Shown here: positions 1 to 9,531 of the stretch, one piece after another
How positions within the stretch are numbered: the stretch's first letter is position 1
How the letters are laid out: each line of letters starts with the position of its first letter
Origin: a virus
DNA length: 64,000 nucleotides
IMG/VR virus record: IMGVR_UViG_3300027896_000013
Direction: 5' to 3' (one strand)
The notes under the pieces: generated by a model
What the model was told of the DNA's origin: nothing
The model's database searches: none
The model's input: the letters and a program-made list of their open reading frames with translations, nothing else
Made by a program: the position numbers and the translations under genes

Positions 1-1
1 G

Positions 2-175
2 ATAGGTTTAATGATCAAGAATCCTGGATATTATAAAACTCTAAGCAAAGGTGGTAGAGAGATGGCAGAGAAGAGATTCCTTGAAAGAGATGAGAACATC
101 GACAAATACGTCGAGATGTATACTCTACCATATAAAGATGAGAAGCGCGTACTTCTAAATAGTATCAACAAATAG
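2..175 (+). CDS. 3' end of a gene truncated by the window edge, possibly a glycosyltransferase
   Basis: Open frame IGLMIKNPGYYKTLSKGGREMAEKRFLERDENIDKYVEMY...SINK* ending at TAG 173-175. It resembles the C-terminal helices of GT-B fold enzymes. Confidence 0.45.
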   Translation: MGLMIKNPGYYKTLSKGGREMAEKRFLERDENIDKYVEMYTLPYKDEKRVLLNSINK

Positions 176-176
176 C

Positions 177-204
177 TTGAATATTATAAAAAGTCAATTA
201 TTAT
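177..204 (+). promoter_or_regulatory. sigma70-like promoter of the DNA polymerase gene (leaderless)
   Basis: TTGAAT-16nt-TATTAT, 6 nt before ATG 211. Confidence 0.55.
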
Positions 205-210
205 ACAGTA

Positions 211-3000
211 ATGTATAGAAATGCAGTTTATCTTCCGAAGAATAAGATAATTCGACTGTACTCATGGGATATGCATGGTAAGCGAATATCCTATGATACC
301 TCGTTTGAACCTTATATCTATCTTGAAACGTCTTACGAAGGTGATGCAAAGAGCATATTCAATACAGCTCTCAGAAAGAAGACTTTTAGTGCTCAATACG
401 AGAGATACAAATACGTAGCTGATAATGAGAGTCAGCGTATTTTTGAAAACTTACCCGTTACACAACAGTTTCTAGTCGATGTCTTTCACGGTAAAAATGA
501 AGCACCCGAATTTTCGCAGTTTCCTCTTAAGTTAATGTTTATCGATATCGAAACAGATACACATGACCATAAAGATTCTCAGATGGTGAAGATTCGTAAG
601 ATCAATTCCGGGAACGAAAGAGAGATAACTCTTGGAGAAATAAGGCAGAGCAAGGAATTTCAAAAAGATTATGAAATTTATGATGATGGTAAATGGTTAA
701 CATATCATTCTACATGTTATGCTATAAATGTCTCATTTCCTAACACCGAGCAAGCGAATCAGGAAGTTAATATCATAACAGTATATGATTCATTATCACA
801 AAAATACTACACTTGGAGTACACGCAAATGTTCAAAAGAGATAGAAGATTGTGTATATGTTGCATGTAATACAGAGAAACAAATGTTCTTAAAGTTTCTT
901 GAATTCTACGAGAGTGATTACCCTGACATCTTGTCAGGTTGGAATTCAGAAGGCTTTGATATACCATACATTATTAACCGGTTAAACGTACTATTCGGTG
1001 CAGATTATGCTCAAAGATTATCACCGGTTGGTAGAATGTCTTCACGTACGTTTATGTCTAGATTCGGTAAACAGCAAGTACGTTGGTATATTGAAGGTGT
1101 TTCTTGTATTGACTATCTTGACATTTATCGGAAGTTTTGTATGTCTCAGCGTGAAAACTATAAGTTAGGTAACATAGGTGAGACAGAGTTAGGTGAGAGC
1201 AAGGTTGACTTTGGTGATCAAACTCTAGCTGCGTTGTCTGACACTGATTGGGATCTATTCGCTGAGTATAACGTAACCGACGTTAAGCTATTAGCTAAGC
1301 TTGAACGCAAGCTGAAATATCTTGAACTTCTACGATCTATCGCATATGCTGGTTGTACTACGTTTGAAAGCGCTTTAGGTACATTATCGGTTGTTAACGG
1401 GTTATGTGCAATAAAAGCTCGTTCTAAGAATCTTAAAATACCTACATTCAACCGCGAAGATGGAGAGGGTAAGAAGAACGAAGGTGCTTATGTTGGTGAA
1501 CCACAGAAAGGGTTTCAAGAGCATATCGTATCATTCGACGCAAACAGTCTATATCCAAACGTGATGATATCTCTCAATCTATCACCAGAGACGAAGATTG
1601 GTAAGATTATAGAGAAGACTGATACACACGTTACTATTGCACACGTAAATGGTCAACGCTTTGACATAACTCATCAAGGTTTAAAGGATTTCCTTAAAGC
1701 AGAGAAGGTGACGATGTCAATGGCATCTGTTCTCTTCTCACAAAAAGAGAAGGGTATTGTACCTGATATTGTAGATAGCTATTACAAAAAGCGTGTTGAG
1801 ATTCAAAAGAAACAAGACAAATTTTCTCGTGTATTATCTAATACCGAGCAGGAGATTAAAAAGCTAAAGCAAAGTGGTGTTGACGTAGCTGATAAAGAGG
1901 CAGAGTGTGTACAACTTAAGAAGGAGATTGAACAATTCAATATTCGTCAGCATACAATCAAAATTCTTATTAACAGTATCTACGGATACTTCGGTAATAA
2001 ACACGCTCCGATTGGTGATGATGATTTAGCACGGTCAGTTACCCTCACAGGTCAAGCAGCTATTAAGCAGTCGAATTGCTTAATGCAAGAATACATACAA
2101 ACTAACGCTAATCTACCTGATGATTACCTGAAGAGTTATGATCCTGTTATATACAATGACACTGATTCATGTTATATCTCGCTAAAGAAAGTAGCTGAAG
2201 CTAAAAAGTTAACGATGATTGGTGCTAACGGTCAAGTTACCCAAGAATATCTAGACGAAGTGAGTAGAATTGATACACATCTAAACACAGGTATTAAGAA
2301 ATGGGGAGAAGATGCTTTGAATTCTCATGATTGTAGGTTAGTTTTTAAACGAGAAGTTATTGCAGATAGTGGTATATTTCTATCTAAGAAGCATTACGTT
2401 CTGCATATTTTAAATAATAAAGGTATTCCTTGTGACAAATATAAGTACGTCGGTGTAGAAATGGTTAAGACAACGATGCCTAAGAATATTAAACCTTACG
2501 CGAAGAAAATCGTTGAAACAATGTTGAAAACAAAGGACAAGGTTCAAGTCGATAAAGTGTTTAATGAAGCGTATGAAACATTCAAATCATTAAGCATAGA
2601 AGATATTGCTCACGTTAGTGGTATTACAAACTATAACAAGTTTGCTGATAAGTGTAATGAGTTTACTACAGTAAAGGGTATGCCGAAGCACGTCAAAGCT
2701 GCATACTTTTATAACTTACTTCTTAAGAGGTTTAGTATTGATAACAAGTATGAATCAATTTCTTCAGGTGATAAAATTCGATATATCTCAGTGCGCCAAC
2801 CGAATAAATTTGGGTTGAAAGCAGTAGGATACAAATATTACTACCCGCAAGAGTTTAAGGAGTTCTTTGAACCAGACTACGAAGAGATGTTTGATAAGCT
2901 AATGTTTAGCGTTATAGAGAGGTTCTATCAAGCGGTAAATTGGCAGATCAGAACACCATCTATGAATACTCAAACGGATCTATTCGATCTGTTTAGTTAA
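211..3000 (+). CDS. gp43: Family B DNA polymerase (T4 gp43-like)
   Basis: ExoI DIET, ExoII GWNSEGFDIPY, ExoIII YNVTD, motif A FDANSLYP, motif B KILINSIYG, motif C YNDTDS. Confidence 0.97.
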   Translation: MYRNAVYLPKNKIIRLYSWDMHGKRISYDTSFEPYIYLETSYEGDAKSIFNTALRKKTFSAQYERYKYVADNESQRIFENLPVTQQFLVDVFHGKNEAPEFSQFPLKLMFIDIETDTHDHKDSQMVKIRKINSGNEREITLGEIRQSKEFQKDYEIYDDGKWLTYHSTCYAINVSFPNTEQANQEVNIITVYDSLSQKYYTWSTRKCSKEIEDCVYVACNTEKQMFLKFLEFYESDYPDILSGWNSEGFDIPYIINRLNVLFGADYAQRLSPVGRMSSRTFMSRFGKQQVRWYIEGVSCIDYLDIYRKFCMSQRENYKLGNIGETELGESKVDFGDQTLAALSDTDWDLFAEYNVTDVKLLAKLERKLKYLELLRSIAYAGCTTFESALGTLSVVNGLCAIKARSKNLKIPTFNREDGEGKKNEGAYVGEPQKGFQEHIVSFDANSLYPNVMISLNLSPETKIGKIIEKTDTHVTIAHVNGQRFDITHQGLKDFLKAEKVTMSMASVLFSQKEKGIVPDIVDSYYKKRVEIQKKQDKFSRVLSNTEQEIKKLKQSGVDVADKEAECVQLKKEIEQFNIRQHTIKILINSIYGYFGNKHAPIGDDDLARSVTLTGQAAIKQSNCLMQEYIQTNANLPDDYLKSYDPVIYNDTDSCYISLKKVAEAKKLTMIGANGQVTQEYLDEVSRIDTHLNTGIKKWGEDALNSHDCRLVFKREVIADSGIFLSKKHYVLHILNNKGIPCDKYKYVGVEMVKTTMPKNIKPYAKKIVETMLKTKDKVQVDKVFNEAYETFKSLSIEDIAHVSGITNYNKFADKCNEFTTVKGMPKHVKAAYFYNLLLKRFSIDNKYESISSGDKIRYISVRQPNKFGLKAVGYKYYYPQEFKEFFEPDYEEMFDKLMFSVIERFYQAVNWQIRTPSMNTQTDLFDLFS

Positions 3001-3428
3001 GCTTGAACACCAACCGGTTGTGTACCAGGTGTAGCTCCAGCTGCTGGATTAGTTGCCGCACCTTGCTGTGGTTTAGATGTTGCTGGTGAAACTGGTGCAC
3101 CCTGCGGTTGTACAGGTGTCTTCGATGCAGGCGACTTAGCAAGCATATCCTGTATAGCTTTTGTTACTGCCTGTACATGCTTAGGATCTTTAAGACCTTG
3201 CAATGCAGTTGCGAGAGATTGAACAGCATCAGTCGCTGCTTTAACCTCAGGTGCATTAGGATTTGCTTTATCACCCTCTGCAGTCTGAGCATTAGCTGGT
3301 GCTAAGTTCTGCGGATTTTGTGGCCCACCGGCATTTTGTACACCAGTCGCGGGAGCTTCTTCATTTAGATGTTTGATGTAAGAGTTGTAAATCTTTGTAA
3401 ACTCGGTTTTGCACAATGGTTTCGGCAT
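2997..3428 (-). CDS. Hypothetical late protein, Ala/Pro/Gln-rich, putative virion internal protein
   Basis: TATAAATA 5 nt upstream; N-terminus FTKIYNSYIKHLNEE ends in a gp21-type L-x-E site. Confidence 0.7.
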   Translation of the reverse strand: MPKPLCKTEFTKIYNSYIKHLNEEAPATGVQNAGGPQNPQNLAPANAQTAEGDKANPNAPEVKAATDAVQSLATALQGLKDPKHVQAVTKAIQDMLAKSPASKTPVQPQGAPVSPATSKPQQGAATNPAAGATPGTQPVGVQA

Positions 3429-3433
3429 ACAAT

Positions 3434-3441
3434 TATTTATA
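3434..3441 (-). promoter_or_regulatory. T4-type late promoter TATAAATA
   Basis: Exact T4 late consensus, 5 nt before ATG 3428. Confidence 0.75.
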
Positions 3442-3486
3442 AGATCCTGAGTGGATTTACCGGCAGGTAGTAGTTAATATCTATAT

Positions 3487-3852
3487 ATGGAACAACAAAA
3501 ACTAACAACCTTTATCGACCAAACCGGCAGAACCATTATCGGTATTCTCGCTAGTGAAACGCCTGAAACTATTATTGTCAAGGATCCTGCGATTCTTTAT
3601 GTGCAACCTACCCAAGATGGTAAGCTAAACGTCCAAACAATTCCGCTCTACTTCCGTGAATTTATTGGCGACAAGCATAAGAATGATGGTACGCTGTGGG
3701 TATACAACAGAGCAGGTATCACACTGGGTCTTGACATTGATAACGATCAACGTCTCGTTACGCAGTATAACAACTTGTTTAACGCACCTATTCAATCGGC
3801 TCAGCCGACACCCGCTACTACGCCCGCCGTAGTTAAACTGTTTGATAACTAA
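3487..3852 (+). CDS. Hypothetical protein (possibly Sm-like beta fold)
   Basis: 121 aa beta-rich ORF directly upstream of uvsX. Confidence 0.7.
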   Translation: MEQQKLTTFIDQTGRTIIGILASETPETIIVKDPAILYVQPTQDGKLNVQTIPLYFREFIGDKHKNDGTLWVYNRAGITLGLDIDNDQRLVTQYNNLFNAPIQSAQPTPATTPAVVKLFDN

Positions 3853-3857
3853 TCAAT

Positions 3858-5030
3858 ATGAGCCAGCTTGATAAAAGAGTTCTAGAGGCACTATCGGAAA
3901 TCGATAAGATTAATCCGTACGCTACATTCCTTAACGAGAGTACTATCTCAAATGTAGAAGAGTGGATCGACACAGGTTCAATGCCGTTGAACGCTATTAT
4001 CAGCGGTTCATTATATGGTGGTATCCCACGTAATCGTGTTACATTGGTTGCTGGTGAGAGTATGACGGGTAAAACGTTCTTCCTCTTGCAAATCCTTGCA
4101 AGAGCACAAAAACAAGGACTTATACCCGTCATATTCGATCCGGAATTTGCAATTGATAAGAAATCTGCAGAGAATCTCGGACTAGATCCTGCCGGTGTCA
4201 AGTATGTTCCGAGCTACAGCATTGAAGAGACTCGTAATTCACTTTATAAGTTTCTTACTAAAGCAAAGGAGCTGGGTATTGAGAACAAGTTTATCGTTGC
4301 GATTGAGTTGGGTAACTTAGAGAATCAACTTCAAATCTCTCGAATGGAAGCTCCACTTAAGAGTGGAGAGTCTAACACTTCGATGGATATGGGAACTCGT
4401 GCACGTGCAATGGGATCTCTTCTTAAGACGTGTACAATTCTCTCAGGATACACTAAAACTACGTTCTTGCTTACTAATCACATTTATGATGACCCGTCAG
4501 CAACTTACGAGTCTATTATCAAGACTATGCCGGGTGGTAAGAAAGTTATCTATCTTCCAAGTGTTACGGTTCAGCTAGCACGTAAACCTGAAAAAGGTGA
4601 TGAAGGTAAGACGATGGATGCGACACTGGCTGTTGGTCAACGTAATTACCCTGGTGTTATTCTTCGCGCTTTGACAGTTAAGAACCGGTTCATTCAGCAG
4701 TATATCCAAACTGAAATGTATCTAAGCTTTACAACTGGTCTAGATAAACACTACGGTCTATTGGATCTCGCTGTAGGTTTCGGTAGCGTTATCCAAGGTG
4801 GAGCGACATACTCTCTACCAGATGGTACTAAACTTGGATACTACTCTAAGTGGAGAAAAGACGAAGAGGTATGGGCTAAGATCCTACCTGACTTGGAACA
4901 GAAGATTAAAGTTGGCTGGGCTTATGGTAAGAAGAGTGATGTTGAAGAGGAGATGCCGGATGAAAGTGAATCTCTTCCAAGTAACGTTGGTAAGAAAGTC
5001 AAAGTCGAACTACCAGATGACGAAAAATAA
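3858..5030 (+). CDS. uvsX: UvsX/RecA-like recombinase
   Basis: IDTGSMPLNAIISGSLYGGIP, Walker A GESMTGKT, DMGTRAR, TNHIY, MPGGK, KNRF; atypical Walker B. Confidence 0.93.
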   Translation: MSQLDKRVLEALSEIDKINPYATFLNESTISNVEEWIDTGSMPLNAIISGSLYGGIPRNRVTLVAGESMTGKTFFLLQILARAQKQGLIPVIFDPEFAIDKKSAENLGLDPAGVKYVPSYSIEETRNSLYKFLTKAKELGIENKFIVAIELGNLENQLQISRMEAPLKSGESNTSMDMGTRARAMGSLLKTCTILSGYTKTTFLLTNHIYDDPSATYESIIKTMPGGKKVIYLPSVTVQLARKPEKGDEGKTMDATLAVGQRNYPGVILRALTVKNRFIQQYIQTEMYLSFTTGLDKHYGLLDLAVGFGSVIQGGATYSLPDGTKLGYYSKWRKDEEVWAKILPDLEQKIKVGWAYGKKSDVEEEMPDESESLPSNVGKKVKVELPDDEK

Positions 5031-5033
5031 TTT

Positions 5034-5225
5034 ATGAGTAAACTAATACTGCAGATGAATGTAGTCGGTGAAGCCGACGGCAAAACGATCATTAAGTCAC
5101 AGATACCTATTGAGACCTTGAGCAAGATGCTTCAGGCTCATGGTGAACCTGGCGTTAAGGATACGTTGATGGAGATGTGGAGACGCATCGCTGATGATCT
5201 GAAAAAACCTTCACCTAAAGCTTGA
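5034..5225 (+). CDS. Hypothetical protein
   Basis: 63 aa ORF closely following uvsX. Confidence 0.6.
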   Translation: MSKLILQMNVVGEADGKTIIKSQIPIETLSKMLQAHGEPGVKDTLMEMWRRIADDLKKPSPKA

Positions 5226-5255
5226 TTTAATCAAGAGGTTTAATATCATTGAAAT

Positions 5256-5963
5256 ATGAGTAAATGTGTTATTCCTTTTTCAGGTGGGATGGATTCTACC
5301 ACGATACTGTATCATGCCATAAAAGAGCATGATACAGTATACGCTGTTTCTATTGCGTACGGTCAGCGACATCTACAACGCGAGATTACAGCTGCTAATA
5401 ATATACTGAACGACCTTAATAAGGTTTGTAATTCAATCAGTTATAAAGTTCTTGATTTGTCATTCTTTCGAGACGTAGCTAGTATATCATCTCTTACAAA
5501 CAATAGCATTAATGTAGCTAAAGCGAAAGATGTTATGGGAGACCCGCAAACGGTTAACTATGTACCCTTCCGTAATATGATGATGCTGAGTATCTGCTCA
5601 GCGTATGCTGAAACAGTTGGCGCAGAAGTTGTATATCACGGTGCAGCTCAAGCAGATAGCGTTGCTGGATTCTGGGATGGTAGCAAAGAGTTTATTGAAG
5701 CTATTAACAATGTAAACATGCTCAATAGACGACACAAGATTAGAATTGAAGCACCACTACTTGATAAGAGTAAGGCTGATATCATTAAATGGGGAATGTC
5801 TATGGGTGTAGACTATTCTAAGACATGGACTTGTTACGAAGGAAAAGAGCAAGCTTGTGGAGTTTGTACAGCTTGCTCTTTGAGAATCGGTGGGTTTATG
5901 GCAGCCGGTATAAAGGACCCTGTCGAATATTCAGTTAAAATTCCTTGGCCTAACCAGAAGTAA
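5256..5963 (+). CDS. queC: 7-cyano-7-deazaguanine synthase (QueC family)
   Basis: SGGMDS PP-loop, YGQRH, YVPFRN, TWTCY, CGVCTAC..R zinc site. Confidence 0.93.
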   Translation: MSKCVIPFSGGMDSTTILYHAIKEHDTVYAVSIAYGQRHLQREITAANNILNDLNKVCNSISYKVLDLSFFRDVASISSLTNNSINVAKAKDVMGDPQTVNYVPFRNMMMLSICSAYAETVGAEVVYHGAAQADSVAGFWDGSKEFIEAINNVNMLNRRHKIRIEAPLLDKSKADIIKWGMSMGVDYSKTWTCYEGKEQACGVCTACSLRIGGFMAAGIKDPVEYSVKIPWPNQK

Positions 5964-6639
5964 TCTGGTTAGGTTCACTTACTACCTCGGCATCGATAGG
6001 TTCTTCTGATTTCTTCCTTCTCTTAGATTTACCTTTACTCTTAGCTTTACCGGTAGCTGCTTCAGATTTATTTACAGCTGCTTCTGCTTCTGCTTTCAAT
6101 GAGTTTAGATTCTGCTGCAGTACGTTAACATTAACAGTTTCTCCACGTTCAGCCTTTTTCTTTTGTGCAGCAGTTAAATTGCTTATAGATCTTTGTAACG
6201 ATTTGATGGTCTTTTGTAAATCCTCAACCACTTTATTATTATCTATTGTGGTACCACCTATATTACTAGCTTGTGGTCCTGCAGGTCCACCCTGATGTAC
6301 ACTACCTTGTTGACTTTGAACCGTTTCATAATCTTCAATAGCATTAAGAAAAATCTGTCCAATATCACCTGGTATCTCTTGAGAGTATTGAGTTTCACCT
6401 AAGATACGTTCAATAGTCTGACGTATGTTAGTTATCTGTTGTCTAGGATTGCGAGCTAGTTCAGATAGTGTTCGAGATGTAGAGGTATCAACTGTTTGTG
6501 ATTGTTTAAAGAAATCTATAAGTTGCTGGCCTGTCGCACTTACATCCGCTGTTGGTTGAGGTTGTTGAGCAGGCGCTGCAGCTGCAGCAGCATTTGCTAC
6601 AGCCTCTCTATAAATCGATCTTGCGTCAAATCTTAGCAT
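5950..6639 (-). CDS. Hypothetical protein (putative virion internal protein)
   Basis: 229 aa, low complexity with coiled coil; last gene of a 3-gene minus-strand late unit. Confidence 0.7.
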   Translation of the reverse strand: MLRFDARSIYREAVANAAAAAAPAQQPQPTADVSATGQQLIDFFKQSQTVDTSTSRTLSELARNPRQQITNIRQTIERILGETQYSQEIPGDIGQIFLNAIEDYETVQSQQGSVHQGGPAGPQASNIGGTTIDNNKVVEDLQKTIKSLQRSISNLTAAQKKKAERGETVNVNVLQQNLNSLKAEAEAAVNKSEAATGKAKSKGKSKRRKKSEEPIDAEVVSEPNQITSG

Positions 6640-6642
6640 AAA

Positions 6643-7110
6643 TTAAGTTGGTTGCTGTGCAGGTACTGCAGCTGGTTGAGCTGGCTGAACAGCTTGAGTA
6701 TTATCCACGGGTACCGCCTCAGGTTGAGGAGCTGGTTGAGCTGTTTGAGTGTTTATCCACGCTTCAAATTCATTATATACTTTAGATACCTCTTCAGGTG
6801 TATTCTTCAATAACCCAGTCAGCGTCGGGGATTGATCTGCTTTTAGACCAACATATTTTTCAAAATATGTTACTAGGTTACCTACAGTTACACGCTTATC
6901 TCTCTGGGTTCGTAACCACGCTCTAAAGCTATCATAAGCCTTATTAACGTTAGCCTTAAAATCTTTACTCTGCTGTCCACCTACTCTACCTGTGGATGTA
7001 GGTGAGAGTTTACTCTGTATAGCCGATCCCATTCTGCTAAAGATGCCAAATGGTTTACCTTCAGTTACAACTTCATATCGTTCCGCAAGTAATTTTAAAT
7101 CATTATTCAT
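6643..7110 (-). CDS. Hypothetical protein (putative virion internal protein)
   Basis: N-terminus MNNDLKLLAERYEVVTE resembles that of the upstream gene; QPA-rich tail. Confidence 0.75.
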   Translation of the reverse strand: MNNDLKLLAERYEVVTEGKPFGIFSRMGSAIQSKLSPTSTGRVGGQQSKDFKANVNKAYDSFRAWLRTQRDKRVTVGNLVTYFEKYVGLKADQSPTLTGLLKNTPEEVSKVYNEFEAWINTQTAQPAPQPEAVPVDNTQAVQPAQPAAVPAQQPT

Positions 7111-8098
7111 ATGAACCTCTTACATCCGTTTTACCACCCATCGTTTGTCTTTCAAGGTCGCTGAAGACATCATCATGGCGCTCATCTTCATCTGGTTTAT
7201 CTAGAACAGGTATATGTCTCTCATCGTTCTCATCCTCACCACTATCCTCTGTAATAGCACCAATAGCTAGTAAGTCCTTAACAGCTTTAGTAGCGGTATC
7301 CCAAGGCATTTCGAGCTTATTAATTAGATCAGCTCCTTTTATAGTAGCACCTTTACCAACATTGCTTATCATGCGATGACGAGCGATTTTTGCTTCCATC
7401 TTACGTTCACGGTTAGCTATTTTATTAAAAGCATTATCTGGTACTTCATCCTCAATATAATAGGTATTGCTGAGACTCCATTGAGCACCTCTAGTTATAG
7501 CAGATACTCTCGGGATAGCTATATCAGCTTCAGTTTCAACAGCCTTAGGAGCGACTTCAGGTGCTTTTATAACCTCACCAAGAGCATCTAGAATAGCGCT
7601 GTCATGCGACGCTCTCTTTATTTTAATAGTAGATGTTCTTACCCCGGCACTCTCTCTAGATTTAATCGGCAATACTCCAATAATATCATTCATTATAACA
7701 CGCGCAGCATGGCCAGCCGCAGTATTAGCAGCACTTTGCGGTAAGTTACAAACGTCAACTATAATTTTCTTAACCTCTTCCTTAAACTCCTCCGGGTCAC
7801 CAGGGTAATATAAATCATATTGTCTACCACCTACGCTATGAGGTTCTGCAGTAAATACATTCTTCTTGACTCTATCAAGAATCTGAGTTACCATATCAAC
7901 AAGATCTCTGCCAGTTTGTTGAGCAGTTTTACCTATTTGATATCCACGAGGAGCAGGTTGACCCTTCTCCATTGGCTGCTTTATAGTGTTTATTTTAGTA
8001 GCTGTTCCAGCTGGATCATAATCACCACTATAGACTGGTGACCATTCTTTTAATACAGAGTTGTATTTTTCTGATAGTATTTTATAATCAGTATTCAT
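7103..8098 (-). CDS. Hypothetical protein (putative virion internal protein; possible C-terminal winged helix)
   Basis: TAAATA upstream; N-terminus MNTDYKILSEKYNSVLKE; LEMPWDTATKAVKDLLAIGAI is wHTH-like. Confidence 0.75.
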   Translation of the reverse strand: MNTDYKILSEKYNSVLKEWSPVYSGDYDPAGTATKINTIKQPMEKGQPAPRGYQIGKTAQQTGRDLVDMVTQILDRVKKNVFTAEPHSVGGRQYDLYYPGDPEEFKEEVKKIIVDVCNLPQSAANTAAGHAARVIMNDIIGVLPIKSRESAGVRTSTIKIKRASHDSAILDALGEVIKAPEVAPKAVETEADIAIPRVSAITRGAQWSLSNTYYIEDEVPDNAFNKIANRERKMEAKIARHRMISNVGKGATIKGADLINKLEMPWDTATKAVKDLLAIGAITEDSGEDENDERHIPVLDKPDEDERHDDVFSDLERQTMGGKTDVRGSYE

Positions 8099-8160
8099 TT
8101 GAGTAAAGCTTTGAAGTATTTATTCTTGATGTTTGTGTATTTGCACGTATAATAACATGT

Positions 8161-8193
8161 ATGAACTTCAAACCATATAGAAAGGAAGGGTAA
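8161..8193 (+). other. Putative 10-aa upstream leader ORF (MNFKPYRKEG)
   Basis: TTGATG-16-TATAAT (8126-8153) lies 7 nt before ATG 8161. The ORF contains AAGGAAGGG, positioned like an SD for the ATT at 8198. Confidence 0.45.
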
Positions 8194-8197
8194 ATCT

Positions 8198-8866
8198 ATT
8201 TGCGCTATATTTGCATCCCCAATGTTTTCCGAGTTTAAAGAGCTCTACAAGCTAAATCAGAGTAGAGGTAACGCAGCTCTTGGTGTCTTACTTCTGTCCA
8301 AGTCACCACAATGTGTAGGCTATGTAACGTTAAAATTCGAAGGAGTTGTCGACCTCGACAAAGAGCTCGCTGAATATAAGTTAGATGACATATATTATTT
8401 TGTCGGTCATACACAAGCACCAACATCCGCAGCCCAATCATTTAATCATAGAACTTCTCACCCGTTTACATACGGATCCTGGATTGTTGCACATAATGGT
8501 ATATTGACAAATTTTGACAAGCTGAAACAAGATGTACCTGTGGGTAGGTATAATATTGTTGATAGCTCTATAATACCAGCCATGCTGCATCAACGCTGCA
8601 CCAAATCAGATGATATAACGTCAGTTACGCAAGTCTTAGGTGAGTTAGAAGGTACACATGCAACATGGATATACAATATACAAACACAGAGGTTGTATAT
8701 CTCGAGGTGTGGTAGTGTACTCTACGCAAATCAAGATAAGTGTGTATTCTCATCTGTACCAACAGAGGATATGGAAGAGTTGCAAGATGGTACGTTATAT
8801 ATTAAACTTGATAAAATATGCAGTGTAAGCAAGTTTAAGAACAATTCACCTTTTTATATAGTATGA
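8198..8866 (+). CDS. Class II (Ntn) glutamine amidotransferase-like protein; probable ATT start giving Met-Cys
   Basis: In-frame ATT-TGC-GCT-ATA-TTT (x-C-A-I-F) upstream of the listed ATG 8222; motifs SRG, GHTQAPT, HPF, AHNGIL, VDS. Confidence 0.8.
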   Translation: MCAIFASPMFSEFKELYKLNQSRGNAALGVLLLSKSPQCVGYVTLKFEGVVDLDKELAEYKLDDIYYFVGHTQAPTSAAQSFNHRTSHPFTYGSWIVAHNGILTNFDKLKQDVPVGRYNIVDSSIIPAMLHQRCTKSDDITSVTQVLGELEGTHATWIYNIQTQRLYISRCGSVLYANQDKCVFSSVPTEDMEELQDGTLYIKLDKICSVSKFKNNSPFYIV

Positions 8867-9531
8867 AAACAGTAATCATATCAGCTACCAAGTCAAACGA
8901 CATCAGCAAGACCATCTTGTATCAGAGTCTTCAATCGCTCACTACCAGAAATGTTTCTTTTACATATGAGTTTGAAAAGAACAACTCAACAGGTTTAAGC
9001 AAAGTGTATAACAAATATATTGAGCAATATGCAGATCAAACTGATTGTATGATATTTGCTCATGATGATGTCTACATAGACGACGCCTTCTTTATCGATA
9101 AAATTGAAGACAGTTTTTGTAACGGTTACGATATCATAGGCGTAGCTGGTGGTGTTTCACCTAATATCAAAGCACCGACATTGTGGCATATAATGTGCGG
9201 CCAGGGTAACTTGAGAGGCGCAGCTGGACACTTCAGCCCTGATATGTCTGCGATACAGATTACATCATTTGGTCCAATGCCTGCAAGAGTAGCTTTGCTT
9301 GATGGTTTGTTTATTGCTGTAAATACTAAAAAGATTCGTGAAGCTGGTTGGAAGTTTAATGAAAACTACGACTTCCATCTTTACGATCTTGCAAGTTGCT
9401 TAGATGCTAATAAAAAGAAGCTCAGAATGGGTGTAATACCAATACATTTGATTCATAAATCACCAGGTCTTACATCGTTCACTGATTGTTTTAATACCAA
9501 TCAGGCCAAATTTCTTGCGGAATATTCATAA
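8863..9531 (+). CDS. GT2-like (GT-A) glycosyltransferase
   Basis: GLSKVYN, FAHDDV (DxD), IIGVAG, LDGLFIA, FHLYD. Confidence 0.8.
   Translation: MKTVIISATKSNDISKTILYQSLQSLTTRNVSFTYEFEKNNSTGLSKVYNKYIEQYADQTDCMIFAHDDVYIDDAFFIDKIEDSFCNGYDIIGVAGGVSPNIKAPTLWHIMCGQGNLRGAAGHFSPDMSAIQITSFGPMPARVALLDGLFIAVNTKKIREAGWKFNENYDFHLYDLASCLDANKKKLRMGVIPIHLIHKSPGLTSFTDCFNTNQAKFLAEYS

Noticed and set aside
5256-8866. Complete QatABCD or type IV CBASS defence system
   Set aside because: No QatA ATPase, TatD nuclease, cyclase or TGT is present, and the QueC has stand-alone size.
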